From the NCBI GenBank assembly GCA_043827405.1, contig JBDRPD010000108.1, forward strand, positions 32,001 through 96,000: DNA of 64,000 nt. The letters are read 5' to 3'. Shown here piece after piece: positions 42,790-51,186 of the stretch. The notes under the pieces were generated by a model. That model was not told the DNA's origin, did no database searches, and was given only the letters and a program-made list of their open reading frames with translations. This DNA comes from Elusimicrobiota bacterium (GTDB taxonomy: Bacteria > Elusimicrobiota > Elusimicrobia > UBA1565). How positions within the stretch are numbered: position 1 is the first letter of the stretch; the number at the start of each line of letters is the position of its first letter. Position numbers and translations under genes: made by a program.

Positions 42790-43529
42790 AGCGGCCGCTG
42801 GTATTCATCCCGACCTACAACGAGCGCAGCAACGTCGGCACCATCCTTAAGGAGCTCTGCGCCCTGGAGGTCGAGCTCGACATCCTGTTTCTCGACGACA
42901 ATTCTCCCGACGGCACGGGAGAGGTGCTCGACAAACTGGTCGCGGCATTCCCGCAGGTCAGCGTAATCCATCGCGCCGGCAAGCAGGGCATCGGCAGCGC
43001 CCACCAGGAAGGAATCCGCTGGGCCTACGAGAAAGGCTACCGCGTACTGATCACCATGGACTGCGACTTCACCCATCCGACCTGCTATATCCCGGACTTT
43101 ATTGCCAAAGGGGAACAAGGGACCGTCGTCGTCGGCTCACGCTATGTCCGTCACGACAGCCTGCAGAACTGGGACCTAACGCGCATCGTGCTGACGCATT
43201 TAGGCCACTTCATGACCAAGTATTTCCTCTGCCTGCCCTACGACGCCACCGGCGCCTACCGCCTCTACCGGCTCGATAAGGTGCCGCATACGGCGTTCCT
43301 CCGCGTGCGCTCCCCGGGTTATTCCTTTTTCTTCGAAAGCCTCTACCTGCTGCACCGCAACGGCTTCCCGATCGAGGAAGTCGGCATCACCCTGCCGGCG
43401 CGCACGCGCGGCTACTCCAAGATGACTTTCCGCGACGCCTTCGTAAGCGCGCGCACGGTATGGGCGCTGTGGTGGGCGGGCCTGACCGACCGCAAGCGCT
43501 TCCTTATCGACGGGAACAAGGACGCATGA
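42786..43529 (+). CDS. GT2 glycosyltransferase (polyprenol-phosphate mannose synthase-like)
   Basis: IPTYNE, DDNSPDGT, MDCDFTH, GSRY, DATGAYRLY, GYSKM. Confidence 0.88.
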   Translation: MKRPLVFIPTYNERSNVGTILKELCALEVELDILFLDDNSPDGTGEVLDKLVAAFPQVSVIHRAGKQGIGSAHQEGIRWAYEKGYRVLITMDCDFTHPTCYIPDFIAKGEQGTVVVGSRYVRHDSLQNWDLTRIVLTHLGHFMTKYFLCLPYDATGAYRLYRLDKVPHTAFLRVRSPGYSFFFESLYLLHRNGFPIEEVGITLPARTRGYSKMTFRDAFVSARTVWALWWAGLTDRKRFLIDGNKDA

Positions 43530-44191
43530 GCCGCATCAACACCGACGGCTGGAACGAGGACTCCGTCGTCCTTATCGAAAGCCCCCTCGCCAAGCTGCAC
43601 CGCGCCTGGATGATGTCGCTGCTGGGCTTTCACCGGCTGGTGCCCGACAAGCAGGCGCGCATCCTCGACCTCGGCTGCGGCTCGGGCCCGTTTCTCGCCT
43701 ACTTCGCCCGCCGCGGCTACCGCCGGCTCTGCGGCATCGAGCCCGACTCGGCGCTGATCGGCAACATCCCCAAGTACGTCGGGGCCGAGGTCAAGAACTG
43801 CCCGGCGGAGCAGATCGAGTTCGCCGACAGCACCTTCGATGTGGTTTTCATCTACTGCGTGCTGCATCATCTTAAAGACGAAGACGCCTACCGCGCCGCC
43901 TGCGCCGAGGTGCTGCGGGTTCTCAAGCCCGGCGGCCACATTTTCATCGTTGAACCCGGGCGCTACCGGGTTTTTCTCGCCCTGGAATTCGCCTCCTGGC
44001 TGCTCGGCTTCGTCTCCAAGACCTTCCGCGCGCTGTGGAATACCATGGAGGAAGAACGTCCGGTCCAGCACCATTTCCTCAAGAACCATCACGTCGTGCG
44101 CGAGCGGCTGCTGGCCGGCGGCGTCGAGACGCTGCGCGACGACTACTTCCTTTACTCCTGGATCTTCACCGCCCGCAAGCCGGAGCACTGA
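43526..44191 (+). CDS. Class I SAM-dependent methyltransferase
   Basis: ILDLGCGSG, FDVV, VLHH, RVLKPGG. Confidence 0.85.
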   Translation: MSRINTDGWNEDSVVLIESPLAKLHRAWMMSLLGFHRLVPDKQARILDLGCGSGPFLAYFARRGYRRLCGIEPDSALIGNIPKYVGAEVKNCPAEQIEFADSTFDVVFIYCVLHHLKDEDAYRAACAEVLRVLKPGGHIFIVEPGRYRVFLALEFASWLLGFVSKTFRALWNTMEEERPVQHHFLKNHHVVRERLLAGGVETLRDDYFLYSWIFTARKPEH

Positions 44192-44814
44192 TGCCGCCCG
44201 AACGCCTGCGCGACATCGTCCCGGAATACCACAGCGGCAATCCGCTGGTGCGTTGGGTTTTCCGTCGGCGCGTCGACCTGGCGCTCGAACTGGCGCGGCT
44301 CGACGGCGCGGACTCCATGGACATCCTGGACCTGGGCTGCGGCGAGGGCGTGCTGCTGCGCGCCATCGGCGAACGCTTTCCCGCACACCGGATGACGGGC
44401 GCGGATTTCCACCCGGACGTCGAGCGGCTCGAGCTGCCGCAGGTGCGCGCCCTGCGCGTGGACTTTATGCGGGAGAACCCATTTCCGGAAGCGGCCTTTG
44501 ACCGCGTCTTCTGCATGGACGTGCTCGAGCATGTCGAAGACCTGAGCCGGCCGTTGGCGCTCATCCGCCGCGCCCTCAAGCCGGGCGGCCGCTTCGTCAT
44601 ATCGGCCCCGACCGAGAACTTCGCGCATCAGTTCAGCCGCTTCCTAATAAAAGGGACGTTCTCCGAGAAGGCGGGGCCGGCGGCGAGCCCGCACTACCAT
44701 AAGGCGGATACGCTGTGCGCGGCGATCAACAAACATAACTTTATGCTGGAAGAAGTCCGCTCCATTCCCCTCCCGGGGCCGCTGGCGCTCAACCAGGTCT
44801 GCAGTTTTATCTAA
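44191..44814 (+). CDS. Class I SAM-dependent methyltransferase
   Basis: ILDLGCGEG, FDRVFCMDVLEHV, LKPGG. Confidence 0.85.
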   Translation: MPPERLRDIVPEYHSGNPLVRWVFRRRVDLALELARLDGADSMDILDLGCGEGVLLRAIGERFPAHRMTGADFHPDVERLELPQVRALRVDFMRENPFPEAAFDRVFCMDVLEHVEDLSRPLALIRRALKPGGRFVISAPTENFAHQFSRFLIKGTFSEKAGPAASPHYHKADTLCAAINKHNFMLEEVRSIPLPGPLALNQVCSFI

Positions 44815-44845
44815 GTATTATCTACAGATACGCTGGTTCCAGGTC

Positions 44846-44874
44846 TTGATTTAGCAACATTCCCGCCCTATATT
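44846..44874 (+). promoter_or_regulatory. Sigma70-type promoter of the Tad-like gene
   Basis: TTGATT-17 nt-TATATT, ending 15 nt before the ATG. Confidence 0.6.
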
Positions 44875-44889
44875 AGGGTAAAAGACGTT

Positions 44890-46089
44890 ATGTCTCTAAT
44901 TGTTCGACACCTCCTCGCGGCCGCGCGGCCGCTTAGGAATAGGCGGGGTCAGTTGGCCATTCCCTCCCTATTCATTCTTCCTGCTTTGTTCCTGTTTGTA
45001 TTCCTGATCTTTGAGACGGCGAAGATTTCCCGCGAGAAAATCCGCCACCAGTTCGCGGTCGACTCGGCGGCTTTCGTCGAGATGTCGATCTACTCGGACT
45101 TTTTGAACCGCACCGCCTACAACAACGGCGCCTTTCCCCAGCGCGTCTTCGACCTGAGCTTTCGCGGCATCTGCATGGAGACCAAGACCGATACCGCCGC
45201 GATCCCGAGCCCCTACTGCGGTGCGAAGTCGGCCAACCTCTACGACATCTTGTACAAGAACGGCGCCTTCCCGTCGGACCCGGGCAAGACCAAGACCGAA
45301 CAGTACGAATCGATCGACGATGAGGGCGAATGGAATCTCCGCTTCGGCGAGAACCCGATGTTCCCCGAGAATCGCAACGACTCCTCACCGAGTCTTAATG
45401 ACAAGCTCTACCTCATCACGGAAGAAGATGCGCACAACTACTGGATCACCTGGGACGACGCCAAGGACATCTACAAGCTCTACGTCCAGCTCTACCAGCT
45501 GGTGGGGATCGTCGAGGACTCGCAGTTCTCGGTGTTCTGCCGCATGACCGGAGCGACCGGCTGCACAAGCTCCGACAACCGGCACAACTACTTCCGCAAG
45601 TCGTACTGGCTCAATACCAATGCCGGCGTCGAAGACGCCTATGACGGCGCGCAGGTCTTTAACGACTACAGCTTTGAGCCCGAGCCGAACTGTCTCAAGG
45701 AAATTATGATCTTCGGCAATAAGGCGACGCCCAACGCCTTCCAGCCCTTCCAGGTCTACGAGCCGCCGAATGCCGTCCAGATGAAGGACACCATCACCGG
45801 CTGCAGCGGGCTGTTTCAGATGGAGACGATCGATGAGGGCCAACTCCTGGATCTGGCCACACCGCACGGGGACTCGCCGCATCCCGGAATCCCCATCACC
45901 CAGCACTGGGACCTGGAAGGCACCTTGCTGAAGAACTACTTTGAAGTGGATTTCCATCAGGCGGTGCGCTGCCAGGACGGCGGCGGACCCTGCGTGCACG
46001 CGACCGTCGGGATATCTCATCCGGCCGGTACCGGCAAAGGGGTATGGCCGAACTCTACGCCGAAATTTCAGACCAGGCTTTATCCGTAG
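44890..46089 (+). CDS. Tad/Flp pseudopilin-like protein (TadG/TadE-type N-terminus)
   Basis: RNRRGQ leader, hydrophobic helix, then REKIRHQFAVDSAA typical of the Tad domain; Cys-containing C-terminal domain. Confidence 0.75.
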   Translation: MSLIVRHLLAAARPLRNRRGQLAIPSLFILPALFLFVFLIFETAKISREKIRHQFAVDSAAFVEMSIYSDFLNRTAYNNGAFPQRVFDLSFRGICMETKTDTAAIPSPYCGAKSANLYDILYKNGAFPSDPGKTKTEQYESIDDEGEWNLRFGENPMFPENRNDSSPSLNDKLYLITEEDAHNYWITWDDAKDIYKLYVQLYQLVGIVEDSQFSVFCRMTGATGCTSSDNRHNYFRKSYWLNTNAGVEDAYDGAQVFNDYSFEPEPNCLKEIMIFGNKATPNAFQPFQVYEPPNAVQMKDTITGCSGLFQMETIDEGQLLDLATPHGDSPHPGIPITQHWDLEGTLLKNYFEVDFHQAVRCQDGGGPCVHATVGISHPAGTGKGVWPNSTPKFQTRLYP

Positions 46090-46096
46090 GGGCGCG

Positions 46097-47593
46097 CTAC
46101 CACCATTTCGTCACGGCGCCAAGAGCGGCGATGCCTCCGGCGACTCCACCCACTACAGCGCCGACAATTGCGCCAGTCACGGCTCCCGGAGCCCCCCCGG
46201 TCACGCCGCCGATGGCCGCACCAACACCCGCGCCGGCGGCCCCCCCGGCGATGGCACCCGCGCCGACCTTCTTCGTCTTGCACCACCAATCGCACGCCTC
46301 CGGCTCTGGAGCAGCAGGCGCCTCCGGCTCAGCGAGCAACGCGGGCACTTGCGGCCCCTGCGGCTGCCGCTGAGTCTGCGGCTGGGTCTGCGGCTGGGGC
46401 TGGGTCTGGGGCTGGGTCTGCGGCTGAGTCTGCTGCGCCGCTGCCAGACGCGCCGCCGCCAACCGTGCCGCTTCCTCCGCCGCCAGCCGCGCCGCTTCCG
46501 CATCCGCCAGCCGCTCCGCATTCGCCAGCCGCGCCGCTTCCGCATCCGCCGCCGCCAACCGCGCCGCCTCCGCGGCCGCCTCGGCATCCGCGCGCGCGCG
46601 CGCGATCTCCGCCGCAGCGTCTTCTTTAATGAAATCTATTTCCTTATTCTTCTCCGCGAGCAGCCGGCCGGCCTCATCGTCAAAATCATCAATATCCTTC
46701 CAGCCGGCGAGCCCATTGCCGCCGACCACTCCGGGCTGCATACTGCTGACCTTGCTCGGTTTGCCGTCAGCGCCGAACTTCATCATGCCCGCCGCCCCAC
46801 CGCCGCCGGCCGCGCCGCCGGCCGACCCGCGCGCCAGCATATTGCTGCCGGTCAGCTGCCGGCCTGCCGCCGCGCCGCCCGCGCCCGCGGGACCCATACC
46901 GCCGCCGGACCCATCATTCTTGGTGAACCCCGCGCGCCCGAAGCTGCCCGCGGACGCGTCACTTCCCGACTGTCCGGATAAAGAGCGAATTTTCTTAAAC
47001 TTGCCCGCGGTACCGGACCGAACACCTTTTCCGGAAAGAACTCCAGGTCCGTATTTTCCCCCGCCCGCAGCCGCGCCCCCGCCCATACCCGCCACCGCAT
47101 TCTTATACTGCGCCGAAGAACCCCCGCCGCCGCCCGCCCCGGATGCGCCGAGGGCCGACCCCCCGCCGCCGGCATCGATGCCGCCCATCTTCGCGATCTT
47201 CATATCGCCCCGCCCGCCTCGGGCGCCGCCGCTTCCCGGCGGCAGGTCGGCTTTGGACATATCGAAGGGCATATCGTCGCCGGCGACCGCCAACTGGGTA
47301 CGGTCTCCGCCGCTGCGCACTGCCGCACCGGCCGCAGAGCGTGCCGCGCCGGCATCGCTATCGCCGGAGAGCTTCTTGACGTAGGAACGCATGGAGAAGA
47401 TGCCGCCGCCCGCGTCTTTCTTGACCTCGCGCTGTCCGCCGTTCCATTCTACGCCGCCCTTGGGTGCCGGCTCACGCGATACCAGTAAAGCACCAACAGT
47501 CAGCACGGCGACCGCGCCCAGGCCGATCAACGGGCCCTTATTACCGAACTTGTCCAGCAAGCCGCCTTTATTTTTCATTGGCATCAATTCCAT
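46097..47593 (-). CDS. Membrane-anchored Gly-rich protein with coiled-coil/QP stalk and C-terminal glycine zipper (498 aa)
   Basis: TM; MRSYVKKL and DMPFDMSKA shared with 36633-39176; EAARLA and QTQP repeats; CDWWC; GxxxG tail. Confidence 0.8.
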   Translation of the reverse strand: MELMPMKNKGGLLDKFGNKGPLIGLGAVAVLTVGALLVSREPAPKGGVEWNGGQREVKKDAGGGIFSMRSYVKKLSGDSDAGAARSAAGAAVRSGGDRTQLAVAGDDMPFDMSKADLPPGSGGARGGRGDMKIAKMGGIDAGGGGSALGASGAGGGGGSSAQYKNAVAGMGGGAAAGGGKYGPGVLSGKGVRSGTAGKFKKIRSLSGQSGSDASAGSFGRAGFTKNDGSGGGMGPAGAGGAAAGRQLTGSNMLARGSAGGAAGGGGAAGMMKFGADGKPSKVSSMQPGVVGGNGLAGWKDIDDFDDEAGRLLAEKNKEIDFIKEDAAAEIARARADAEAAAEAARLAAADAEAARLANAERLADAEAARLAAEEAARLAAARLAAAQQTQPQTQPQTQPQPQTQPQTQRQPQGPQVPALLAEPEAPAAPEPEACDWWCKTKKVGAGAIAGGAAGAGVGAAIGGVTGGAPGAVTGAIVGAVVGGVAGGIAALGAVTKWW

Positions 47594-47661
47594 AAATCAC
47601 CCCCGGCAAACGCGAAAACCGCGGCCGGCTGCATAAACCCGACAAACACCCACTCACCTTA

Positions 47662-47712
47662 AGGATAGCCGGATGAAAGCGGAAAACAATACCTATTTAC
47701 CATAAATTTACC
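47662..47712 (-). promoter_or_regulatory. Putative promoter: GGTAAA-N5-GGTAAA direct repeat plus GGCTATCCT -10
   Basis: Plus strand AGGATAGCC at 47662, TTTACC at 47696 and 47707; mirrors 39255-39306. Confidence 0.65.
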
Positions 47713-47737
47713 TAAAAAAATACTTAAAAAAACGGCA

Positions 47738-49264
47738 CTATTGCTGATTACAATAGGCGCTCATCTCGGTCTTCCAGTTAGCGCAGTCCGCCATGCTGGC
47801 ATTCTTGTAGAGCGGGCAAATCTCCGCCATCGCCGTCGCCTGGGTATTGGTCTCCGAACACTTGCCGAAAGCAATTTCCACCAAGGAGTTGCATTCCCCT
47901 GTACATACCTGCCACTGGTTTAAATATTCTTTTGACCGCTCCATGTGCGGGTCGCACTTCTCCGCACAATCTTCCTCGCAGCCGTTCATGCAGTTATGGT
48001 AGTCATGCTCTTTTTTGATGCTGTTTATTAACAGCTCATGACATATGCGGGCCTTGGGATAAACGATGCTCTGGTTATGCCTCTTGGTTTCCAGCATCGC
48101 GTCACGCACTTTCTTTCCCTGGTCCTTCTCCGCCTCGGCGCAGTCGTCAACCGCTTCCTCATACTCCTTCGATTTCTTCCGCAGGGTGTCTATATCCCCC
48201 CCGCCCCCTATCCCGGCGACGCCGCCGCCTCCCAGCTGGGTGGCGGGCAACTTATTGCCGTCATAAACAATCCCGGCGGCATCTTTGGCCGTACCGGCGG
48301 GGCAGGCCCCCGAGCTGCAGCCCTCGGGCTGGTCGGAAGCGGCGACGCTGAAAGCATGCGCCATGGACAGCTGATAGACGGCGTCCTCGCCTACCAGTTC
48401 CGCTCCGCCCAAAGCGTTTAAATCCTGCTCGGTCCTGGCGCTAAGCAGCTGCTGGATGCGGCCGCCTTTCTGCAGGCCCTTGATGCTGCTGATGCTTTTT
48501 CTATCACGAATGATGTTCTCTTGAATACGCGACTCGGGACTGAGCGCTTTATGCAGATCCGCCCCCCCCGTAACCAGCTGCTCCGGACCGGGACCGGGGC
48601 CGGCGGCGACACCCTTGCCTATAGCGACGCCTTGACCGCCGCCGACGCCCCCGCCGGCGGCCACGCCCTGACCGGCAGCGACGCCCTCACCGCCGGCGAC
48701 CCCTCGCCCCCCGGCCACGCTTTGACCGGCGGCTACACCCTTACCGCCGGCAACCGGGGCGCCCATATCCATCGCGGCGCCGGCGGGAGACATGGAACGT
48801 TTCTTCTCGTCCGAGACGACCATGGCATATGAGGCGCTGCGCAAACCTTTTGCCAGCGCCTCTTCGCTGATCGCCAAACCGCCGCCCTTGGGAGCGTCCC
48901 GCGGCCGCAGCACGCCCCGGACCGACTGCGGCATATTCCTGGCTACGCCGTCGAAAGTGAGCGCTTTGCCCTGGATCGCCTGCTGCCCGCGCACGATCTC
49001 CTCGATATCGTCTTCTTCGTCGTCGTAGCTCATCACCATGCGCGCCGACATGCTCCGGCGGTAGGCGCGGACATCCTGCGGCGCCTCGGTCTTGTCTCCG
49101 ATCATGCTTGCGGACTTGTCGCCGCCGGAAGAACGCAGGAACAGCGATACGGTCAGCGGCGCCGCGACGATCAGAATGATGGAGGCGCTCTTGTTCTGCT
49201 GAAAAAATGCCAGCAGCGGCGCCAGAAGAGCCTTCTTTTTATTGCGTTCCAGAAACCCCGGCAT
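47738..49264 (-). CDS. Membrane-anchored hypothetical protein with GVAxG hexapeptide repeats and Cys-rich helical C-terminus (about 508 aa)
   Basis: Start MPGFLERNKKK downstream of a TTGACA/TATACT promoter; TM; CxxxC-rich tail. Confidence 0.72.
   Translation of the reverse strand: MPGFLERNKKKALLAPLLAFFQQNKSASIILIVAAPLTVSLFLRSSGGDKSASMIGDKTEAPQDVRAYRRSMSARMVMSYDDEEDDIEEIVRGQQAIQGKALTFDGVARNMPQSVRGVLRPRDAPKGGGLAISEEALAKGLRSASYAMVVSDEKKRSMSPAGAAMDMGAPVAGGKGVAAGQSVAGGRGVAGGEGVAAGQGVAAGGGVGGGQGVAIGKGVAAGPGPGPEQLVTGGADLHKALSPESRIQENIIRDRKSISSIKGLQKGGRIQQLLSARTEQDLNALGGAELVGEDAVYQLSMAHAFSVAASDQPEGCSSGACPAGTAKDAAGIVYDGNKLPATQLGGGGVAGIGGGGDIDTLRKKSKEYEEAVDDCAEAEKDQGKKVRDAMLETKRHNQSIVYPKARICHELLINSIKKEHDYHNCMNGCEEDCAEKCDPHMERSKEYLNQWQVCTGECNSLVEIAFGKCSETNTQATAMAEICPLYKNASMADCANWKTEMSAYCNQQ
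48597..48758 (-). repeat. About nine 18-bp in-frame tandem repeats (GVAAGQ-like)
   Basis: PVAGGK GVAAGQ SVAGGR GVAGGE GVAAGQ GVAAGG GVGGGQ GVAIGK GVAAGP. Confidence 0.8.
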
Positions 49265-49286
49265 GAGAACCCACTCCGCTACTTTA

Positions 49287-49314
49287 AGTATACCGCCGGG
49301 TCCCGGCCTGTCAA
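49287..49314 (-). promoter_or_regulatory. Near-consensus sigma70 promoter
   Basis: TTGACA-16 nt-TATACT followed by GGAG and the ATG at 49264. Confidence 0.7.
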
Positions 49315-49341
49315 TACCGCGGCAAAGTCCTTGATTTCGCA

Positions 49342-51150
49342 ATGTTTTTGAGCGACACTAAGACAATGCTGAAAGCCCAGACGCCGCCGTCCTTGAAGCT
49401 GACCCCCAAGACCATCGCCCTGTTGGTTTTGGCCGGCATCATCCTCGGCGTGGCGACCGGACTGTGCATGAAGCTCCTGAAAAAAGGCCGCCCCGCCGCC
49501 GGCCGGATGGGTGCCGACGAACGCGTAATCTGGCGCGATATCGACAGCCGCCACATGCGCTGGCGCAAGCTCGACGCACGCAAGCTGATCGTCAATAATG
49601 TCGGGCTCAAGCCGCTCAACCCGAACTACACCAAGAACGCGACCCTCGGCTACCTGCCGCTCAATCCTTCGCTGCGGGGCGCTACGGTCGGCCGATTAGC
49701 CGCTACCGAGATCCCAGACATGGGCCGCGAGCGCGCCAATGCCGAAAAGGAGCGCAAAAAGCGCAGCGACCGGCGCCGCCCCTCGCCCTCCCACCAACTG
49801 ACGCCCAAGCCGCCCAAGACCGACGCCGCGACGAACTTCATCCCGCAGACGCAGGCGTTCACTTTGCCCGATCCCGCGGCGGACCTGGTAAGTCAGGCCG
49901 CGAACTCGCTGCGGCTCGGCGACATCGACGATGCGCTCGCCGCCGCCGACCGGGCGATCGCCGCCAATCCGGCCAGCGCCGCCGCCTTCACCGTCCGGGC
50001 GGACGCGCTGATCGCCCGCGAGCGCTACCTCGATGCGGCGAAAAGCGCCTGGAAGGCGACCCGCCTGGACCCCAAAGAGGCGAACGCCTACCGGGTCTTG
50101 GGGTTGGCGCAGATGCACCTGGAAAAGCGAAAATCCGCGCTGGCCAACCTGAATTATTCCGTCAAGCTGAACCCGTACGATGCGAGAATTTTCGCGGCGC
50201 GGGCGACCCTGCACCAGCTGCTGGGAGACACCGCGGCCATGACGGCCGACCTGGAGCGGGCGGAAGAAATTAAAAAAGCGCTCACCGCGGAAGAGCCGTC
50301 CCCGGAGCCGCCGCTGAGCGCGGGGATACTGGCCGCCCTGGCGCTGGGCGCCGCGCTCCTCCTCGTCGGCGGAGTTTTCTTTCTCCTGCGTTCGCGTCCG
50401 GCGCCCCGCAAGATCTCGCTGGAAGCCATCGCCCCCGCCAAGCCCGCGGTCACCCCGCTGCCGGCCGCCGACGGCGCGCCCCTCCCGGGGAAGTACCAGC
50501 GCGTCCGCGCTCTAGGCGGGGGGCCCGGCGGTCCGCTATGGCTGGTGCGCCACCCGTCGTCGCCGCAGCAGCTTGTCGCCAAGCCGCTGCGCCCCGGCGC
50601 GGCGCTGAGCGAAGCGGAGAGACACGCGGCCCGCACGCGCCTGCAGGCGATCGGCGGCTTGGGAGACCCGCGCATCGTCCGGGTCCTGGACCTGCTGGAA
50701 GACGCGGCGCCGCCGCTGCTCGTGCAGGAATATGTGCTGGACAGCACGCTGCGGCAGGTGCTGGAAAGCGGCGGCGCGCTCGGCATCGCGCCGGCGCGGG
50801 CGATCCTGCTTCCCGTCTGTGAGGCCCTGACGAACTGCCACGGCAACGGCATCCTGCACCTGAACCTCAAGCCCGCCAATATCTTCGTCGGCCAGGACGG
50901 CGGCGCCCGCATCGCCGACTTTCGGCTGCTGGCGGCCGCCGGCGAGCACCTCGCCCCGGAGCTGGCCAAAGGACTGGCTTCGCCGCGCTCCGACATATAC
51001 TCGCTGGGCGTCTGCCTGCGGGAAGCGGTGGGCGAAGGGCCGGGCAGAACGCCCGAAGCCGAGGCGCTGATCGCCAAAGCGACGAATGCGGAACCCCTGC
51101 TGCGCCACGCCACAGTCCTTGAGTTCCAGACCGACCTGCACGCCCTCTAG
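49342..51150 (+). CDS. TM-TPR-TM-Ser/Thr kinase-like protein (probable pseudokinase)
   Basis: Two TMs flanking TPRs; kinase fold with VAKP, HLNLKPAN, ADFR, LAPE, SDIYSLG; start may be 49366. Confidence 0.8.
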   Translation: MFLSDTKTMLKAQTPPSLKLTPKTIALLVLAGIILGVATGLCMKLLKKGRPAAGRMGADERVIWRDIDSRHMRWRKLDARKLIVNNVGLKPLNPNYTKNATLGYLPLNPSLRGATVGRLAATEIPDMGRERANAEKERKKRSDRRRPSPSHQLTPKPPKTDAATNFIPQTQAFTLPDPAADLVSQAANSLRLGDIDDALAAADRAIAANPASAAAFTVRADALIARERYLDAAKSAWKATRLDPKEANAYRVLGLAQMHLEKRKSALANLNYSVKLNPYDARIFAARATLHQLLGDTAAMTADLERAEEIKKALTAEEPSPEPPLSAGILAALALGAALLLVGGVFFLLRSRPAPRKISLEAIAPAKPAVTPLPAADGAPLPGKYQRVRALGGGPGGPLWLVRHPSSPQQLVAKPLRPGAALSEAERHAARTRLQAIGGLGDPRIVRVLDLLEDAAPPLLVQEYVLDSTLRQVLESGGALGIAPARAILLPVCEALTNCHGNGILHLNLKPANIFVGQDGGARIADFRLLAAAGEHLAPELAKGLASPRSDIYSLGVCLREAVGEGPGRTPEAEALIAKATNAEPLLRHATVLEFQTDLHAL

Positions 51151-51186
51151 CCGAAAGCGGGGTCGAGTTTGCTACGATAACGCCGC

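Noticed and set aside
34644..49264. Classical polymorphic toxin-immunity locus
   Set aside because: No small downstream immunity-like ORFs and no recognisable toxin catalytic motifs; kept only as a variable-C-terminus family
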